Assembly: GCA_017999435.1 (NCBI GenBank) | Contig: JAGNLV010000001.1 | Location: 1,022,746 to 1,086,745 of the forward strand | Source: Candidatus Zixiibacteriota bacterium | GTDB taxonomy: Bacteria; Zixibacteria; MSB-5A5; GN15; FEB-12 | Length of the DNA stretch: 64,000 nucleotides | Direction of reading: 5' to 3' | Part shown: one piece after another, positions 26,304 to 35,377 of the stretch | How positions within the stretch are numbered: position 1 is the first letter of the stretch | How the letters are laid out: each line of letters starts with the position of its first letter | Translations under genes and position numbers: made by a program | Notes under the pieces: generated by a model | What the model was told of the DNA's origin: nothing | The model's database searches: none | Seen by the model: the letters and a program-made list of their open reading frames with translations, nothing else

Positions 26304-27392
26304 ATGCGGCGATGGACGCGAGCATGCGGGATCATGTCGGCCGGGAGCATCCTGGCCGGATTGATGCTCATTGTCGGGCTGCTGGGGCCGGCCTGCGACG
26401 ACGACCCTACCGGCCCCGACCACCCGGATTTGCCGGACGGCAAGGACTATGTCTTCTACTACCGGGATCAGGCGACCGGGACCCTGTACGGGTACCATCT
26501 GGTCAGCGAGCGTGTGGATACGTTCACCGTTCCCTACGTGGCCCGGTTTGGGATGTTTGTGTCGGCCGACGGGCAAAGGCTCTACGTTGCCGGACCGCAG
26601 GCCACCGGGGTGGTGGCGCTCGCCACCAGGACGCTGGTGGCGGAACTGCCGTATGCGCAGTACCCGGTAGGCAACGGCATCATCTTTTCGCCGGACGGGC
26701 GGTTCATGGCTTTCCTGGGCAGTACGCTCACCATCCTCACCTACCCGGATCACGAGCCGGTATTTCGTGATACGATGGGCGCGGGGACCGGGTGTTTCAC
26801 GCCGGGCGGGGAGCGGCTGTACTATGTTCCGCCGGGGGCGGACCAGGTGCGGGTTGTTGAGACAACCGGCGGGGAGGCTCGGGTGCATCCCCGGGTGTTC
26901 AATCCCCGCCTCAGCAAGATTCGAGTGCTCTCCGACGAGTCCCGCTGGGTGCTCTACCAGAGTATCTCCTGCGACATCGGCGGCGTGGTATCGGTCTATG
27001 ACCCGATCCGGGACACGATGGAATTTCAGGAGTGGTTCTACCTGTCGTGCGGGATGCTCGCAGTGTCGGCCGATGATCGCTGGGCGTTCTATGATAACCC
27101 GGGGCCTTTGCTGAACCCTGTGCCGGGCACTCCACTTGAGTTCCGGGTTCTTAACTTGGTGACCAAACGGCTCGATCGGTTGGTCAGCACGGTGGGGATA
27201 GCGGACGGGCTCAACCCGCAGGATATGGCCGTGGGGTGGCTCTACGTGTCGCCCGACAGCCGCTGGTTGGTGGCGGCGGGCACCTGGGGGGATCAGTTTC
27301 TGGTTTTCGATGTGAGGCACTTAAAGGTAGATCGGTACATCAAGCTGGACGGTTTCTGGTCCGACATGTTTGCCGGCCAGGAAGGACTCTAG
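26304..27392 (+). CDS. beta-propeller-like lipoprotein (YVTN/YncE-like repeats)
   Basis: AAAGGAGGAG RBS. Lipobox ...LIVGLLGPAC. Repeated motifs of the type ...SADGQRLYVAG..., ...SPDGRFMAF..., ...TPGGERLYYV..., ...SPDSRWLVAAG.... Starts 38 nt after P2. Confidence 0.75.
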   Translation: MRRWTRACGIMSAGSILAGLMLIVGLLGPACDDDPTGPDHPDLPDGKDYVFYYRDQATGTLYGYHLVSERVDTFTVPYVARFGMFVSADGQRLYVAGPQATGVVALATRTLVAELPYAQYPVGNGIIFSPDGRFMAFLGSTLTILTYPDHEPVFRDTMGAGTGCFTPGGERLYYVPPGADQVRVVETTGGEARVHPRVFNPRLSKIRVLSDESRWVLYQSISCDIGGVVSVYDPIRDTMEFQEWFYLSCGMLAVSADDRWAFYDNPGPLLNPVPGTPLEFRVLNLVTKRLDRLVSTVGIADGLNPQDMAVGWLYVSPDSRWLVAAGTWGDQFLVFDVRHLKVDRYIKLDGFWSDMFAGQEGL

Positions 27393-27796
27393 ACGTTCCG
27401 AGCACAGGAGGTTCTGCAATGTACAGGTGGAGGGATTTACTCGCGTGAGGCGCAGTCGTGGCCACGCTGTGCTCGACGACGGTCGGGGAGACCCACTACT
27501 ACGCGGGAGGTGGTCCAGTCGAAATGGCTACCGACAGCGGGTGCGTCCAGGTAATGCCGGATTCGATGATTCCCGTAGACTCGTTGATCAGGCTGATCAC
27601 GCAGCTTGACGGCGTGGTCGGCCTGCCTGACGAGATTCCGTTCTCCGGCGGGTACCTTGTGTGCATCCTGACGACCGCTACTTTCGATTCCACTGTCTTG
27701 GGGTTGGAAGCGCTCATCTATTCTGCATCCCCCGAACCGCCCCGGGCCCGGGGGGAACGAGAGAAAGGAGGCGATGAGTGCATCGGGGTGAGGCCA

Positions 27797-27944
27797 GAGG
27801 CATCTGCTAACCGCCGACCGCAAGATAGAGAAGTCGCAGGCATGGTCCTCACACGGGTCGGGCCGGCTGTTCCCGCTGAGCCTACTCAACGCACCGGGAA
27901 CACCGGCCTTCCCCGGGGGACCGGACACGTGGTGACCGATCAGC
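27797..27944. repeat. 148-nt conserved intergenic element, copy 2
   Basis: See copy 1. Five of the six differences are in the first 33 nt. The sixth falls in the predicted hairpin loop. Confidence 0.85.
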
Positions 27945-28010
27945 GTGTTGGGGGTCGCGTTCGGAGCTGTCCAGCGGCTCTGTCGGCGGCGCCGCGCAAA
28001 AAACGGGTAG
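27945..28010 (+). pseudogene. remnant of the C-terminal TM-RRRRAKNG module of a small membrane protein
   Basis: Own translation VLGVAFGAVQRLCRRRRAKNG* compared with the end of the 28177..28374 product (ILVGAVFAVVYRLIRRRRAKNG*). 29 nt (27984-28012) are identical to 28348-28376. There is a stop codon immediately upstream in this frame. Confidence 0.4.
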
Positions 28011-28128
28011 CGGCGTTTAGTCGGTACTGGCCGGCTGCGCAGTCTCATCAGGCGGGAGCCGCAAGGCTCCCGCCGCCGACGCCCGCGCAAGAAAGGGAGG
28101 ATGACATCGACGTGATGTACAAACTCGC

Positions 28129-28144
28129 CGGTTACCATACTGCA
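28129..28144 (+). promoter_or_regulatory. candidate sigma-54 (-24/-12) promoter
   Basis: CGGTTACCATACTGCA. GG (28130-28131), 10 nt, then GC (28142-28143) with CTGCA at -12. The predicted TSS is ~20 nt before the RBS and GTG 28177. Confidence 0.3.
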
Positions 28145-28176
28145 GATAGGCAAATATCGGGAAAGGAGGTCCTCCA

Positions 28177-28374
28177 GTGAAAGAGACAGCCAAGTACTTT
28201 CTTTGGGGTGTAGCTCTCAGCGCTCTGCTGTTTCTTATCGACCGCCTGACCGGCATCGACGATCTACCGTACGGCTGGTCGCTCATAGCAGGAATCGGCG
28301 TCGCCATTCTCGTGGGAGCCGTGTTCGCAGTCGTCTACCGGCTGATCCGGCGGCGCCGCGCAAAAAACGGGTAG
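28177..28374 (+). CDS. small membrane protein (2 TM, basic C-terminus)
   Basis: GTG 28177 lies 7 nt after AAAGGAGG. MKETAKYFLWGVALSALLFLIDRL...WSLIAGIGVAILVGAVFAVVYRLIRRRRAKNG. Confidence 0.6.
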   Translation: MKETAKYFLWGVALSALLFLIDRLTGIDDLPYGWSLIAGIGVAILVGAVFAVVYRLIRRRRAKNG

Positions 28375-28481
28375 CGAGTCTCGTGGATGCTCGCCCCGTA
28401 CGCATTCTCATCGGGCGCGAGCGACCGGGGCGGTGGATTAGGCGGCATCGCACAGACGTCTAATAGGAGCGTTCGGAAATC

Positions 28482-28724
28482 ATGATTTCATTAGTCGCAC
28501 TGGGCCTGATGGTGATCGGCATCGTGCTTTTGGTCCTCGCCTATCGGCGGCAGCGCCCGGACGCACCGCGCCTCGGCTCGGTGGACGCGCATCAGCCGCG
28601 CACCTGGCGACCAGTCTGGCGGCAGCGTCACCTGTTTGCCGAAAAGAGAGGCTTTGTGTGCTATCTCATCGGAGCAACTCTCATTGTGAGCGGCGGAATG
28701 CTGGGCGCCGTATTCGTTTTCTGA
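28482..28724 (+). CDS. small membrane protein (2 TM)
   Basis: ATG 28482 after TAGGAG. MISLVALGLMVIGIVLLVLAYRR...FVCYLIGATLIVSGGMLGAVFVF. Confidence 0.55.
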   Translation: MISLVALGLMVIGIVLLVLAYRRQRPDAPRLGSVDAHQPRTWRPVWRQRHLFAEKRGFVCYLIGATLIVSGGMLGAVFVF

Positions 28725-28782
28725 GTCGTCCGGCGGGGCTCTTCGGGTCCCGCCGGCGACCCAACCCCTTCGCCCGCTCTCC

Positions 28783-29628
28783 TCACGCCACCTGCGGGCG
28801 CTGCGACCGGCGCCTCTCGACCCGGTCGATGAACTCCTCGATCCGCGCGTTGACTTCCCCGGCGTGCGTCACCGGCCCCATGTGGCCCAGTTCGGCGATG
28901 CGGACCAGTTCCGTCTCCGGCATCGCCGCCAGAAGGAGCTGGATCACGCGCCGCGCGGTGGCCGGGGATCGGAGGCCGCACAGGAGAAGCGTCGGGCGGG
29001 GGAACTCGCGGAACGGCACGAGGTCGCCGGGCATGCCGCACACGGCCTGGAAATCGGCCGTCACCTTGCCCATTTTGGCGGCCAGTCCGGCCCGCCGCCA
29101 TTCGGGGATACTTGTCCAGGCGCCCGCTCCCGACCAGTAGTCGACGAAATGCTGCGCGGCCGCCTCCCGCCGCCCGGCCGCGGTGCGGGTTCGGACGAAC
29201 CGTTCGACCGCGCGGATCTCCTCCCACGCGGCCCGCGAATTCGGATCATCGCGCAGAAGACCGAACATCACCGGCTCGTACAGCGTCAGGCTCGCCACCC
29301 TGTCGGGGTAGGCGACCGCCACCCGGGCCGCGACGGCGCCGCCGTAGGAGTGCCCCACCAGGTGCACCGGTTCATCGGCGGCCGCGATTTCATCGGCGAT
29401 GAGCGAAATCTCATCGTCGAGCGTCAGCGGCCGCTCACCATGCCACTCGGGCGACTGGCCGTAGCCGTACAGGTCGGCGGCCACGACCCGATACCGGGCG
29501 GCCATCCGCTCGGCGAGCGGCTGCCACTGCTTGGAGGAACTCGTGCTGGCGTGCAGGCAGAGGATGGTTGCGCCCTCGCCGTGGACCAGGCGATGGGCTT
29601 TCCGTATCGAAGTAGTTTCTGTGCTCAT
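28783..29628 (-). CDS. alpha/beta-fold hydrolase
   Basis: AAGGGAG RBS. ILCLHASTSSSKQW, the nucleophile elbow VGHSYGG, and a C-terminal His region ...AELGHMGPVTHA. Confidence 0.85.
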   Translation of the reverse strand: MSTETTSIRKAHRLVHGEGATILCLHASTSSSKQWQPLAERMAARYRVVAADLYGYGQSPEWHGERPLTLDDEISLIADEIAAADEPVHLVGHSYGGAVAARVAVAYPDRVASLTLYEPVMFGLLRDDPNSRAAWEEIRAVERFVRTRTAAGRREAAAQHFVDYWSGAGAWTSIPEWRRAGLAAKMGKVTADFQAVCGMPGDLVPFREFPRPTLLLCGLRSPATARRVIQLLLAAMPETELVRIAELGHMGPVTHAGEVNARIEEFIDRVERRRSQRPQVA

Positions 29629-29879
29629 ACTCCCTTTCTGGATTTCCCGTCATCTATCTTGGCGGCGCGGTTTGTCCCGGTCCGGCCGGAGCGGCCGCCG
29701 CAGGGGCCGGTGACGATCTCAGATAAAATCTATCCACAATACGGCCCGGTACGAAGAAAAACAAGACTTGTTTCGTCCGGTTCCGGTTATTTTTCTGCTG
29801 CGGACTCCCGCCCCGGCCGCCGGCGGCCGTAACTCTTTGCCCGAGGCCCCGCTTCGTCCCCCCAGGGGATCTTCGGCGC

Positions 29880-29908
29880 TTGACGGACACGCGGTGCGGT
29901 TGTATTGT
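29880..29908 (+). promoter_or_regulatory. candidate sigma-70 promoter, near-leaderless
   Basis: TTGACG, 17 nt spacer, TATTGT. Only 10 nt separate the -10 box from ATG 29919. Confidence 0.35.
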
Positions 29909-29918
29909 ATAAGCCCAT

Positions 29919-30890
29919 ATGAAATATCTTTCGAGAATGATCCTCCTGCTGCCGGCCGCGTTCGTGTGCCTGGCGGGCCGCCCGGCGGCGCAAGACTCGC
30001 TGAAGATTTATCTGGAGCTGGGCGGCAAGGCGATTCAGAACAGCAAGTATGACCGCGCGATCGAGGTCTACACGCGCGTCCTCCAGCTCGACTCGGCCAA
30101 CTATGAGGCGATCTCGAATCTGGGGGTGGCCTACGCCAGTCTGGGCAACTATGCGCGGGCCCGGGGGTGTCTGGAGCAGGCGCTCCGGCGCAACCCGGGC
30201 GATGCGCAGGCCGCCAACAATCTCGGCACCGTGTTCAGCAACGAGAACGACCGGACGGCCGCGATCGAGTATTTCGAGAAGGCGGTCGGGCTGGCTCCGA
30301 AAAACGCGCTGTTCCTGACCAACTTGGGACGGGAATATGCACGCGATGGCCAGGTCGGCAAAGCACTTCCGGTTCTTCGGGAGGCTCTCGTCCTGGCACC
30401 CGACAACCCGCTGATTCCCTACTCGCTGGGGTCGGCTTTCGCCTCCGCGGGTTCCCTCGACAGCGCCGAGGTCTATTTTGAGCGCAGCCTTGCCAAAGGC
30501 GGCACGGGCGTCGAATTGCACTACTTCCTCGGCACGGTCAAGGACCGCCTGGGCAAGAAGGATGAGGCGGTCAATCACTACAAGAGCGCGCTGGAAATGG
30601 AGCCTGACCATCTCAATTGTCTCCAGTCGCTCGGTCTGATCTATCTCAGCCAGGATCGGTTTCCGGAGGCGATCGAGCAGTTTCGCCGGGTGATTGCGGT
30701 CGACTCGACTCAATGGGCCGGCTGGATCGGCCTCGGCGCCAGCTATTCGCTGTACCGCATGATCCCCCAGGCCGACAGCATTCTCGGGCGGCTGTTCCAG
30801 GCCGACTCCGCGATCGGGTTTCAGATGCTCGATTTCATCGGCCAGCAGCATCGCCTCCGGCGCGACAGCACCGGCAGCAAGACGCGCTAG
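29919..30890 (+). CDS. TPR-repeat protein, secreted
   Basis: Signal peptide MKYLSRMILLLPAAFVCLAGRPAAQ. Tandem TPR units (AISNLGVAYASLGNYARARGCLEQALRRNPGDAQAANNLG...). Confidence 0.85.
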   Translation: MKYLSRMILLLPAAFVCLAGRPAAQDSLKIYLELGGKAIQNSKYDRAIEVYTRVLQLDSANYEAISNLGVAYASLGNYARARGCLEQALRRNPGDAQAANNLGTVFSNENDRTAAIEYFEKAVGLAPKNALFLTNLGREYARDGQVGKALPVLREALVLAPDNPLIPYSLGSAFASAGSLDSAEVYFERSLAKGGTGVELHYFLGTVKDRLGKKDEAVNHYKSALEMEPDHLNCLQSLGLIYLSQDRFPEAIEQFRRVIAVDSTQWAGWIGLGASYSLYRMIPQADSILGRLFQADSAIGFQMLDFIGQQHRLRRDSTGSKTR

Positions 30891-31096
30891 CCGCGGCGCC
30901 GGGGCGGCCGGGTCGCGCCGGTTCCGCTCCGCCGACAGCACTATCCAAACGCCTTGCTCTCCCCCCATACTGTGTGCCCCCGCGCCCACATCCGGGCGGG
31001 CCCGGCCGGGCTGCCCCCTTGTCCTTTGACCCGTGGCGCCCCGGCACACCGTTTGAATCCCGCTTGGACATGGATTTTGTTTCGAAAGGAGACCGT

Positions 31097-31642
31097 ATGC
31101 ACGCACGCGTTCGGGCGTTGTGTCTCGCCGGCCTGGTGCTCCTGTGTTCGCCGGCCGCTGCCCAGGATTGGTTCAACGGAGGGCCGGACACCCTGGCCGG
31201 GGCGGATCCGGCGCCGCGTCCGGAGACGATCTCCGACTTTATGCACGCGGCCGACCTGTGGCACGACGCCACGCTCAAGGGGGATCCGCGGATGATCCGC
31301 AAACGCGAGCTGCAGCTCGTGCGGTTTCTCAATGAGGACATCGCCGCTTCCCGGCGGCGCTACGAGAGCTGCGCGGCGCGGGTGGAGGCGGCCGGCGGCC
31401 CGGATTCCGGCCGGGTCGGCGTCTTCCCGCCATCGGCCCAGCGCGCCCTCGATGATCTCGCGCGCGCCGAGCAATGGCTGCGGGTGAAAAAGCGGCTCCT
31501 CCGCGGCTTTGAGCAGGGCGGGACGTTCGCGGCGCAATACCGCCAGATTATGGATTATCGGGACATTCTCCGCATGGAGTATGATCAGTGGCGCGTGCTG
31601 GTGGCCGACGGCGCCTCAGCGGACAGCGCCGAGACCAAATAG
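31097..31642 (+). CDS. secreted hypothetical protein
   Basis: ATG 31097 after AAGGAGA. Signal peptide MHARVRALCLAGLVLLCSPAAAQ. A strong terminator follows. Confidence 0.6.
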   Translation: MHARVRALCLAGLVLLCSPAAAQDWFNGGPDTLAGADPAPRPETISDFMHAADLWHDATLKGDPRMIRKRELQLVRFLNEDIAASRRRYESCAARVEAAGGPDSGRVGVFPPSAQRALDDLARAEQWLRVKKRLLRGFEQGGTFAAQYRQIMDYRDILRMEYDQWRVLVADGASADSAETK

Positions 31643-31677
31643 CTCCGTCGATTGACAACCAGGGCAGCCCTTTCGAG

Positions 31678-31710
31678 CGCCGCCGCGGTTTCGGCCGCGG
31701 CGGTGTTTTT
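31678..31710 (+). terminator. rho-independent terminator
   Basis: CGCCGCCGCGG / CCGCGGCGGTG 11-bp stem (one G-U pair), 6-nt loop, then TTTTT. Confidence 0.8.
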
Positions 31711-31720
31711 CTGCCGGCGG

Positions 31721-32578
31721 TCAGCCCCGCTCCGGTTTGCGGGCGGAGATTCTCGCCGACGCGACTTTCCCGGCAAACCGCGCGATCACGCCCCGGTCGA
31801 TCGCCCGGTCCGAGGCCCCGCAGCCGCAGGCGTCGTTGGCCAGCGTGCCCAACGACGCCTCGTCGTACGTCATCTTGTCAATCACGCGGACATCCTCGAA
31901 CCCGGCCGCGCGGATCAACTGCAAGTATTCGTCCTCTTCGGGCGCCCCGGCCAGGCACCCCACCCAGGCCGAGAGGTCGTCCCGGTACTCCTCGGGCAAA
32001 CTGTTGGTGACGATATCGGCGATCAGCACACGTCCGCCCGGCCTGAGCACGCGGAAGGCCTCGGCGAACACTTTCTCTTTGTCCGGCGAGAGGTTGATCA
32101 CGCAGTTGGAGATGATCCAGTCGACGGAGGCGTCCGGAAGGGGCATGTGCTCCATTTCGCCGGGCACGACTTCGGCATTGGCGATCCCGGCGGCGGCGAG
32201 ATTCCGCCGGCAGGTCGCGATCATTTCGGGCGTCATATCCAGGCCGATCACGCGCCCGGCGGGCCCGACTCTTTTCGCCGCCAGGATGAGATCGAGTCCC
32301 GCGCCGCTGCCCAGGTCGAGCACGGTCTGCCCCGGCTTGATCTCGGCAAAATTGACCGGGTTGCCGCACCCGAACGAGGTCACCCCGTCGGGCAGCCCTT
32401 CGGTCTCGCCCGCACGGTAGCCGGCCAGTTCCTCGTACCGCCGGGCCGCCGCCGGGTCAAGCGCTTGCGGCTGCGGGCCGCAGCAACCGCCGGTCCCTTT
32501 CGTGATTGCCGTCCCATAGTGTTCGCGGACCGCTTTGCGGATTTCCTCGGGAGATCGTTTGTCTGTCACGGCCGGCAC
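31721..32578 (-). CDS. arsM: arsenite S-adenosylmethionine methyltransferase-like protein
   Basis: SAM-binding VLDLGSGAGLD. Conserved Cys features of ArsM: GGCCGP, SFGCGNP and NCVINL. The start could be GTG 32578 or GTG 32569. Confidence 0.8.
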   Translation of the reverse strand: MPAVTDKRSPEEIRKAVREHYGTAITKGTGGCCGPQPQALDPAAARRYEELAGYRAGETEGLPDGVTSFGCGNPVNFAEIKPGQTVLDLGSGAGLDLILAAKRVGPAGRVIGLDMTPEMIATCRRNLAAAGIANAEVVPGEMEHMPLPDASVDWIISNCVINLSPDKEKVFAEAFRVLRPGGRVLIADIVTNSLPEEYRDDLSAWVGCLAGAPEEDEYLQLIRAAGFEDVRVIDKMTYDEASLGTLANDACGCGASDRAIDRGVIARFAGKVASARISARKPERG

Positions 32579-32609
32579 CTTTCGTAGAGGCCTTCGCTCG
32601 TCTTTGCCT

Positions 32610-32639
32610 ATTATAACCCGCGGGAGTTTCCCCGGTCCA
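32610..32639 (-). promoter_or_regulatory. candidate promoter for arsM
   Basis: Minus strand reads TGGACC, 18 nt spacer, TATAAT (perfect -10; plus-strand 32610-32615). Confidence 0.45.
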
Positions 32640-32652
32640 GGCGAAAAATCGC

Positions 32653-32681
32653 TTGCGCCGGGTCCGTTTCCGCAATATATG
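32653..32681 (+). promoter_or_regulatory. candidate promoter for the riboswitch-led transcript
   Basis: TTGCGC, 17 nt spacer, TATATG. Ends ~22 nt before riboswitch helix P1. Confidence 0.4.
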
Positions 32682-32703
32682 GAGAGCGACTGAAAAGACC
32701 GTT

Positions 32704-32784
32704 CCGTTGGGGGTGGCGTAAGAACGACCGCCTGAGATCATACCCCCTCGACCTGATCCGGGTAATACCGGCGTAGGGAAACGG
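32704..32784 (+). promoter_or_regulatory. TPP (THI-box) riboswitch aptamer
   Basis: CCGTTGGGGGTGGCG...GCCTGAGATCATACCCCCTCGACCTGATCCGGGTAATACCGGCGTAGGGAAACGG. Contains the CTGAGA, ACCTGATC-GG-TAATACC-GCG-AGGGA consensus blocks. P1 is CCGTT (32704-32708) paired with AACGG (32780-32784). Confidence 0.85.
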
Positions 32785-32880
32785 AGATGTTCGCATCGCA
32801 TCCCCTGGCCTTTTCCGGGCTACCTATGACGCTCAGGACGGAACCTTGCTGAATCGTCACATCGACGCGAGGTTGTTGTC

Positions 32881-35361
32881 ATGAGATGTGCTGTCCTCAT
32901 CACGATCATGCTGGCGCCGTTTGCCGCGGCGGTGGAGGCCGCGCCGCTGTCCGGCATGGTGCAGAATCCCGACGGCGAGCCGCTGGCCGCCGTCTCCCTG
33001 ACCACCAACGTCGCCGGCCTGGGAACGAGCACCGACGCCGCCGGCGCTTTCACGCTCGAGTGTCCGGGCGACGTCCGCTGGGTGACCTTCTCCTCGGTCG
33101 GCTATCAGCCCCGGCAGTACCCGGTCGACGCGGTGCCGGCGCGGGTGGTGCTGGCGTACGAGTACTCGCCGGGGGGGGATGTCGTCGTGCGCGGCGACCG
33201 CGCCCAGCCGGGTCTGTCTCCGATCGCATTCACCGACTACTCGCGGAAAGACATCGCCCGCGACTACAGCATCGGCGAGTTCCCGCTGCTCCTGCAGGCG
33301 ACCCCGAACCTCTACACGTACACCGACGGCGGGGGCGCCCTGGGCTACAGCTCGGTGCGTATCCGGGGCTTCGACGACAAGCGGATCGCCGCCTCTCTCA
33401 ACGGCGTCCCGCTGAACGACCCGGAGGACCAGGCCGCCTATTTCGTCGACCTGCCCGACTTCGCCGCCAACATCACGGACATCCAGGTCCAGCGCGGGGT
33501 CGGCAACGCGCTCTACGGCGCGGCGTCGTTCGGCGGTTCACTCAACATCGTCACCGGCGCCCTCAGCCGCGACCGCCGCGTCACCGTGACCTCCGGCTAC
33601 GGCGAGTACACCTCGGGTGGCGACCGGGTCAGCGACCTTGCCAAGTCGAGCATCGAGTACGTGTCGGGGCTGATCGACGGCCGCTGGCTGTTTACCGGGC
33701 GCTTCTCCGACCAGCGCTCCGGCGGCTACCGCCGCCACAGCTGGTACGACGGCTGGTCCTACTACCTGTCGCTGGCCCGGCTCGACCCGCGCATGACGAC
33801 CGAGCTGTACCTCTACGGGGGACCGATCCGCATGCACCTGGCCTACTACGGGGTCGATCGGGCGACGCTTGCTGTCGACCGCCGCGCCAACCCGCTGACC
33901 TACCGCAACGAGACCGACAACTTCAACCAGCCCCACTTCCACCTCCACAACACCTACCAGCTCAGCGAGCGCGCCACACTCGCCACCACCCTGTACTACA
34001 TCCAGGGGGAAGGCTACTACGAGCAACTCAAACAACTGGAGGATCCGGACGACTTCGCCGTGTACGGTCTTGATCCGGGGGAGCTTGCGGTGGATCAGCC
34101 GAGACTCGTGCGGCAGAAGTGGGTGGACAAACGCCAGTGGGGGTGGAACCCGCGGCTTGATCTCGCCCATGCCCGCGGCCGCCACAGCATCGGCGGTTCC
34201 GCCTACTACTTCACCTCCGATCACTGGGGACAGGTGGTCTGGGTGGAAGGTCTCGAAGACCGGTCCTACGGCCCGCGCCAGCGGTACTACAGGTATGAGG
34301 GGAGGAAAGTCGAGGCCAACCTGTTCGCCCAGGAATACTGCCGCCTCACCGACCGCTTGGCCGGCGAAGCCACGGCCATGCTCCGGTACCAGCGGTACGA
34401 CTTCGATCAGACCCGCATGTACTCGTTCCGGGGTTTTCGCTACGACGTCGACTGGCTGTTCTTCTCCCCCCGCCTCGGTTTCACCTACACGCTCGCCCCG
34501 GAAATCGCGCTCCATACGGCTTTCGCCGTGTCTTCGCGCACTCCGACCGACGAGGATATCTACGAGGCCGATGATCCCTTCGCCCTCCCCTCGCTGGACA
34601 TCCGTTCCGTGAGCGCCGACTCCGCGCGCTGGGAGTTCGGCGATCCGACGGCCAAGGCCGAGCGGGTGTACGACTTCGAGCTGGGCGGCGGGTACCGTTC
34701 CGACCGGTACGCGGTCGAGCTCGCCCTGTACTGGATGGAGTTCCGCGACGAGATCATCCCGGAGGGAGCGGTTGACGCCTCCGGCCGGCGCCGGACCATC
34801 AACGCCGACCGCTCGGTCCACGCCGGCCTCGAGCTCAGCGGCACGGCCCGGCCTACGGAGGCCCTGGCCCTGTCGGGCAATTTCGCCTGGGCCTACAACC
34901 GGATCCGCGACTACACGGCATCGCTCGACCTCTACGACACCGACTGGAACTACGCCGGGCAATACCGGTTCGATCTCGCCGACAAAACCGTGCCCGGTTT
35001 CCCGGCGTACCTCGGCAACGTCCTTCTGGATTACCGCTATCGCGGTCTCCGGGCGGTCTGGCGGCACCAGTTTGTCGGCGCCCAGGAGCTCGACCTCGCC
35101 AACACCGACAGTCTGCGAATCGAGCCGTTCCAGCTCGCCTCGGTGAGTCTCTCCTACCGGTTCTCCGATTTTTGGCATCTGGGCGCTCTCACTCTCACGG
35201 CCCGGGTCAACAACGTGTTCGATCGGCGCTATGAGGCGGGCGGCTACGGGTGGAACTACGCGGTTGCAGGGGATGGCGGGACGGACGTGCTCGGCGGCGC
35301 GGAGTATTTCGCCGCGCCCGAACGATGGTACTATGGAGAAGTGAAGCTGGAGATCTTCTGA
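32881..35361 (+). CDS. TonB-dependent outer-membrane receptor (carboxypeptidase-regulatory-like N-domain)
   Basis: Signal peptide. GMVQNPDGEPLAAVSLTT... N-domain. Plug region SVRIRGFDDKRIAASLNGVPLNDPE. Long beta-barrel ending YYGEVKLEIF. Confidence 0.9.
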   Translation: MRCAVLITIMLAPFAAAVEAAPLSGMVQNPDGEPLAAVSLTTNVAGLGTSTDAAGAFTLECPGDVRWVTFSSVGYQPRQYPVDAVPARVVLAYEYSPGGDVVVRGDRAQPGLSPIAFTDYSRKDIARDYSIGEFPLLLQATPNLYTYTDGGGALGYSSVRIRGFDDKRIAASLNGVPLNDPEDQAAYFVDLPDFAANITDIQVQRGVGNALYGAASFGGSLNIVTGALSRDRRVTVTSGYGEYTSGGDRVSDLAKSSIEYVSGLIDGRWLFTGRFSDQRSGGYRRHSWYDGWSYYLSLARLDPRMTTELYLYGGPIRMHLAYYGVDRATLAVDRRANPLTYRNETDNFNQPHFHLHNTYQLSERATLATTLYYIQGEGYYEQLKQLEDPDDFAVYGLDPGELAVDQPRLVRQKWVDKRQWGWNPRLDLAHARGRHSIGGSAYYFTSDHWGQVVWVEGLEDRSYGPRQRYYRYEGRKVEANLFAQEYCRLTDRLAGEATAMLRYQRYDFDQTRMYSFRGFRYDVDWLFFSPRLGFTYTLAPEIALHTAFAVSSRTPTDEDIYEADDPFALPSLDIRSVSADSARWEFGDPTAKAERVYDFELGGGYRSDRYAVELALYWMEFRDEIIPEGAVDASGRRRTINADRSVHAGLELSGTARPTEALALSGNFAWAYNRIRDYTASLDLYDTDWNYAGQYRFDLADKTVPGFPAYLGNVLLDYRYRGLRAVWRHQFVGAQELDLANTDSLRIEPFQLASVSLSYRFSDFWHLGALTLTARVNNVFDRRYEAGGYGWNYAVAGDGGTDVLGGAEYFAAPERWYYGEVKLEIF

Positions 35362-35377
35362 CCGGCCGGCGGCGGGT

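Noticed and set aside
27729-27760. The short CCCCCGAACCGCCCCGG(N)CCGGGG similarity between 24850-24875 and 27729-27755, considered as the boundary of a mobile element.
   Set aside because: Only ~30 nt are similar, the sequence is GC-rich and partly palindromic, and the sequences on either side do not align. This is insufficient to define an element. It is mentioned only as context.
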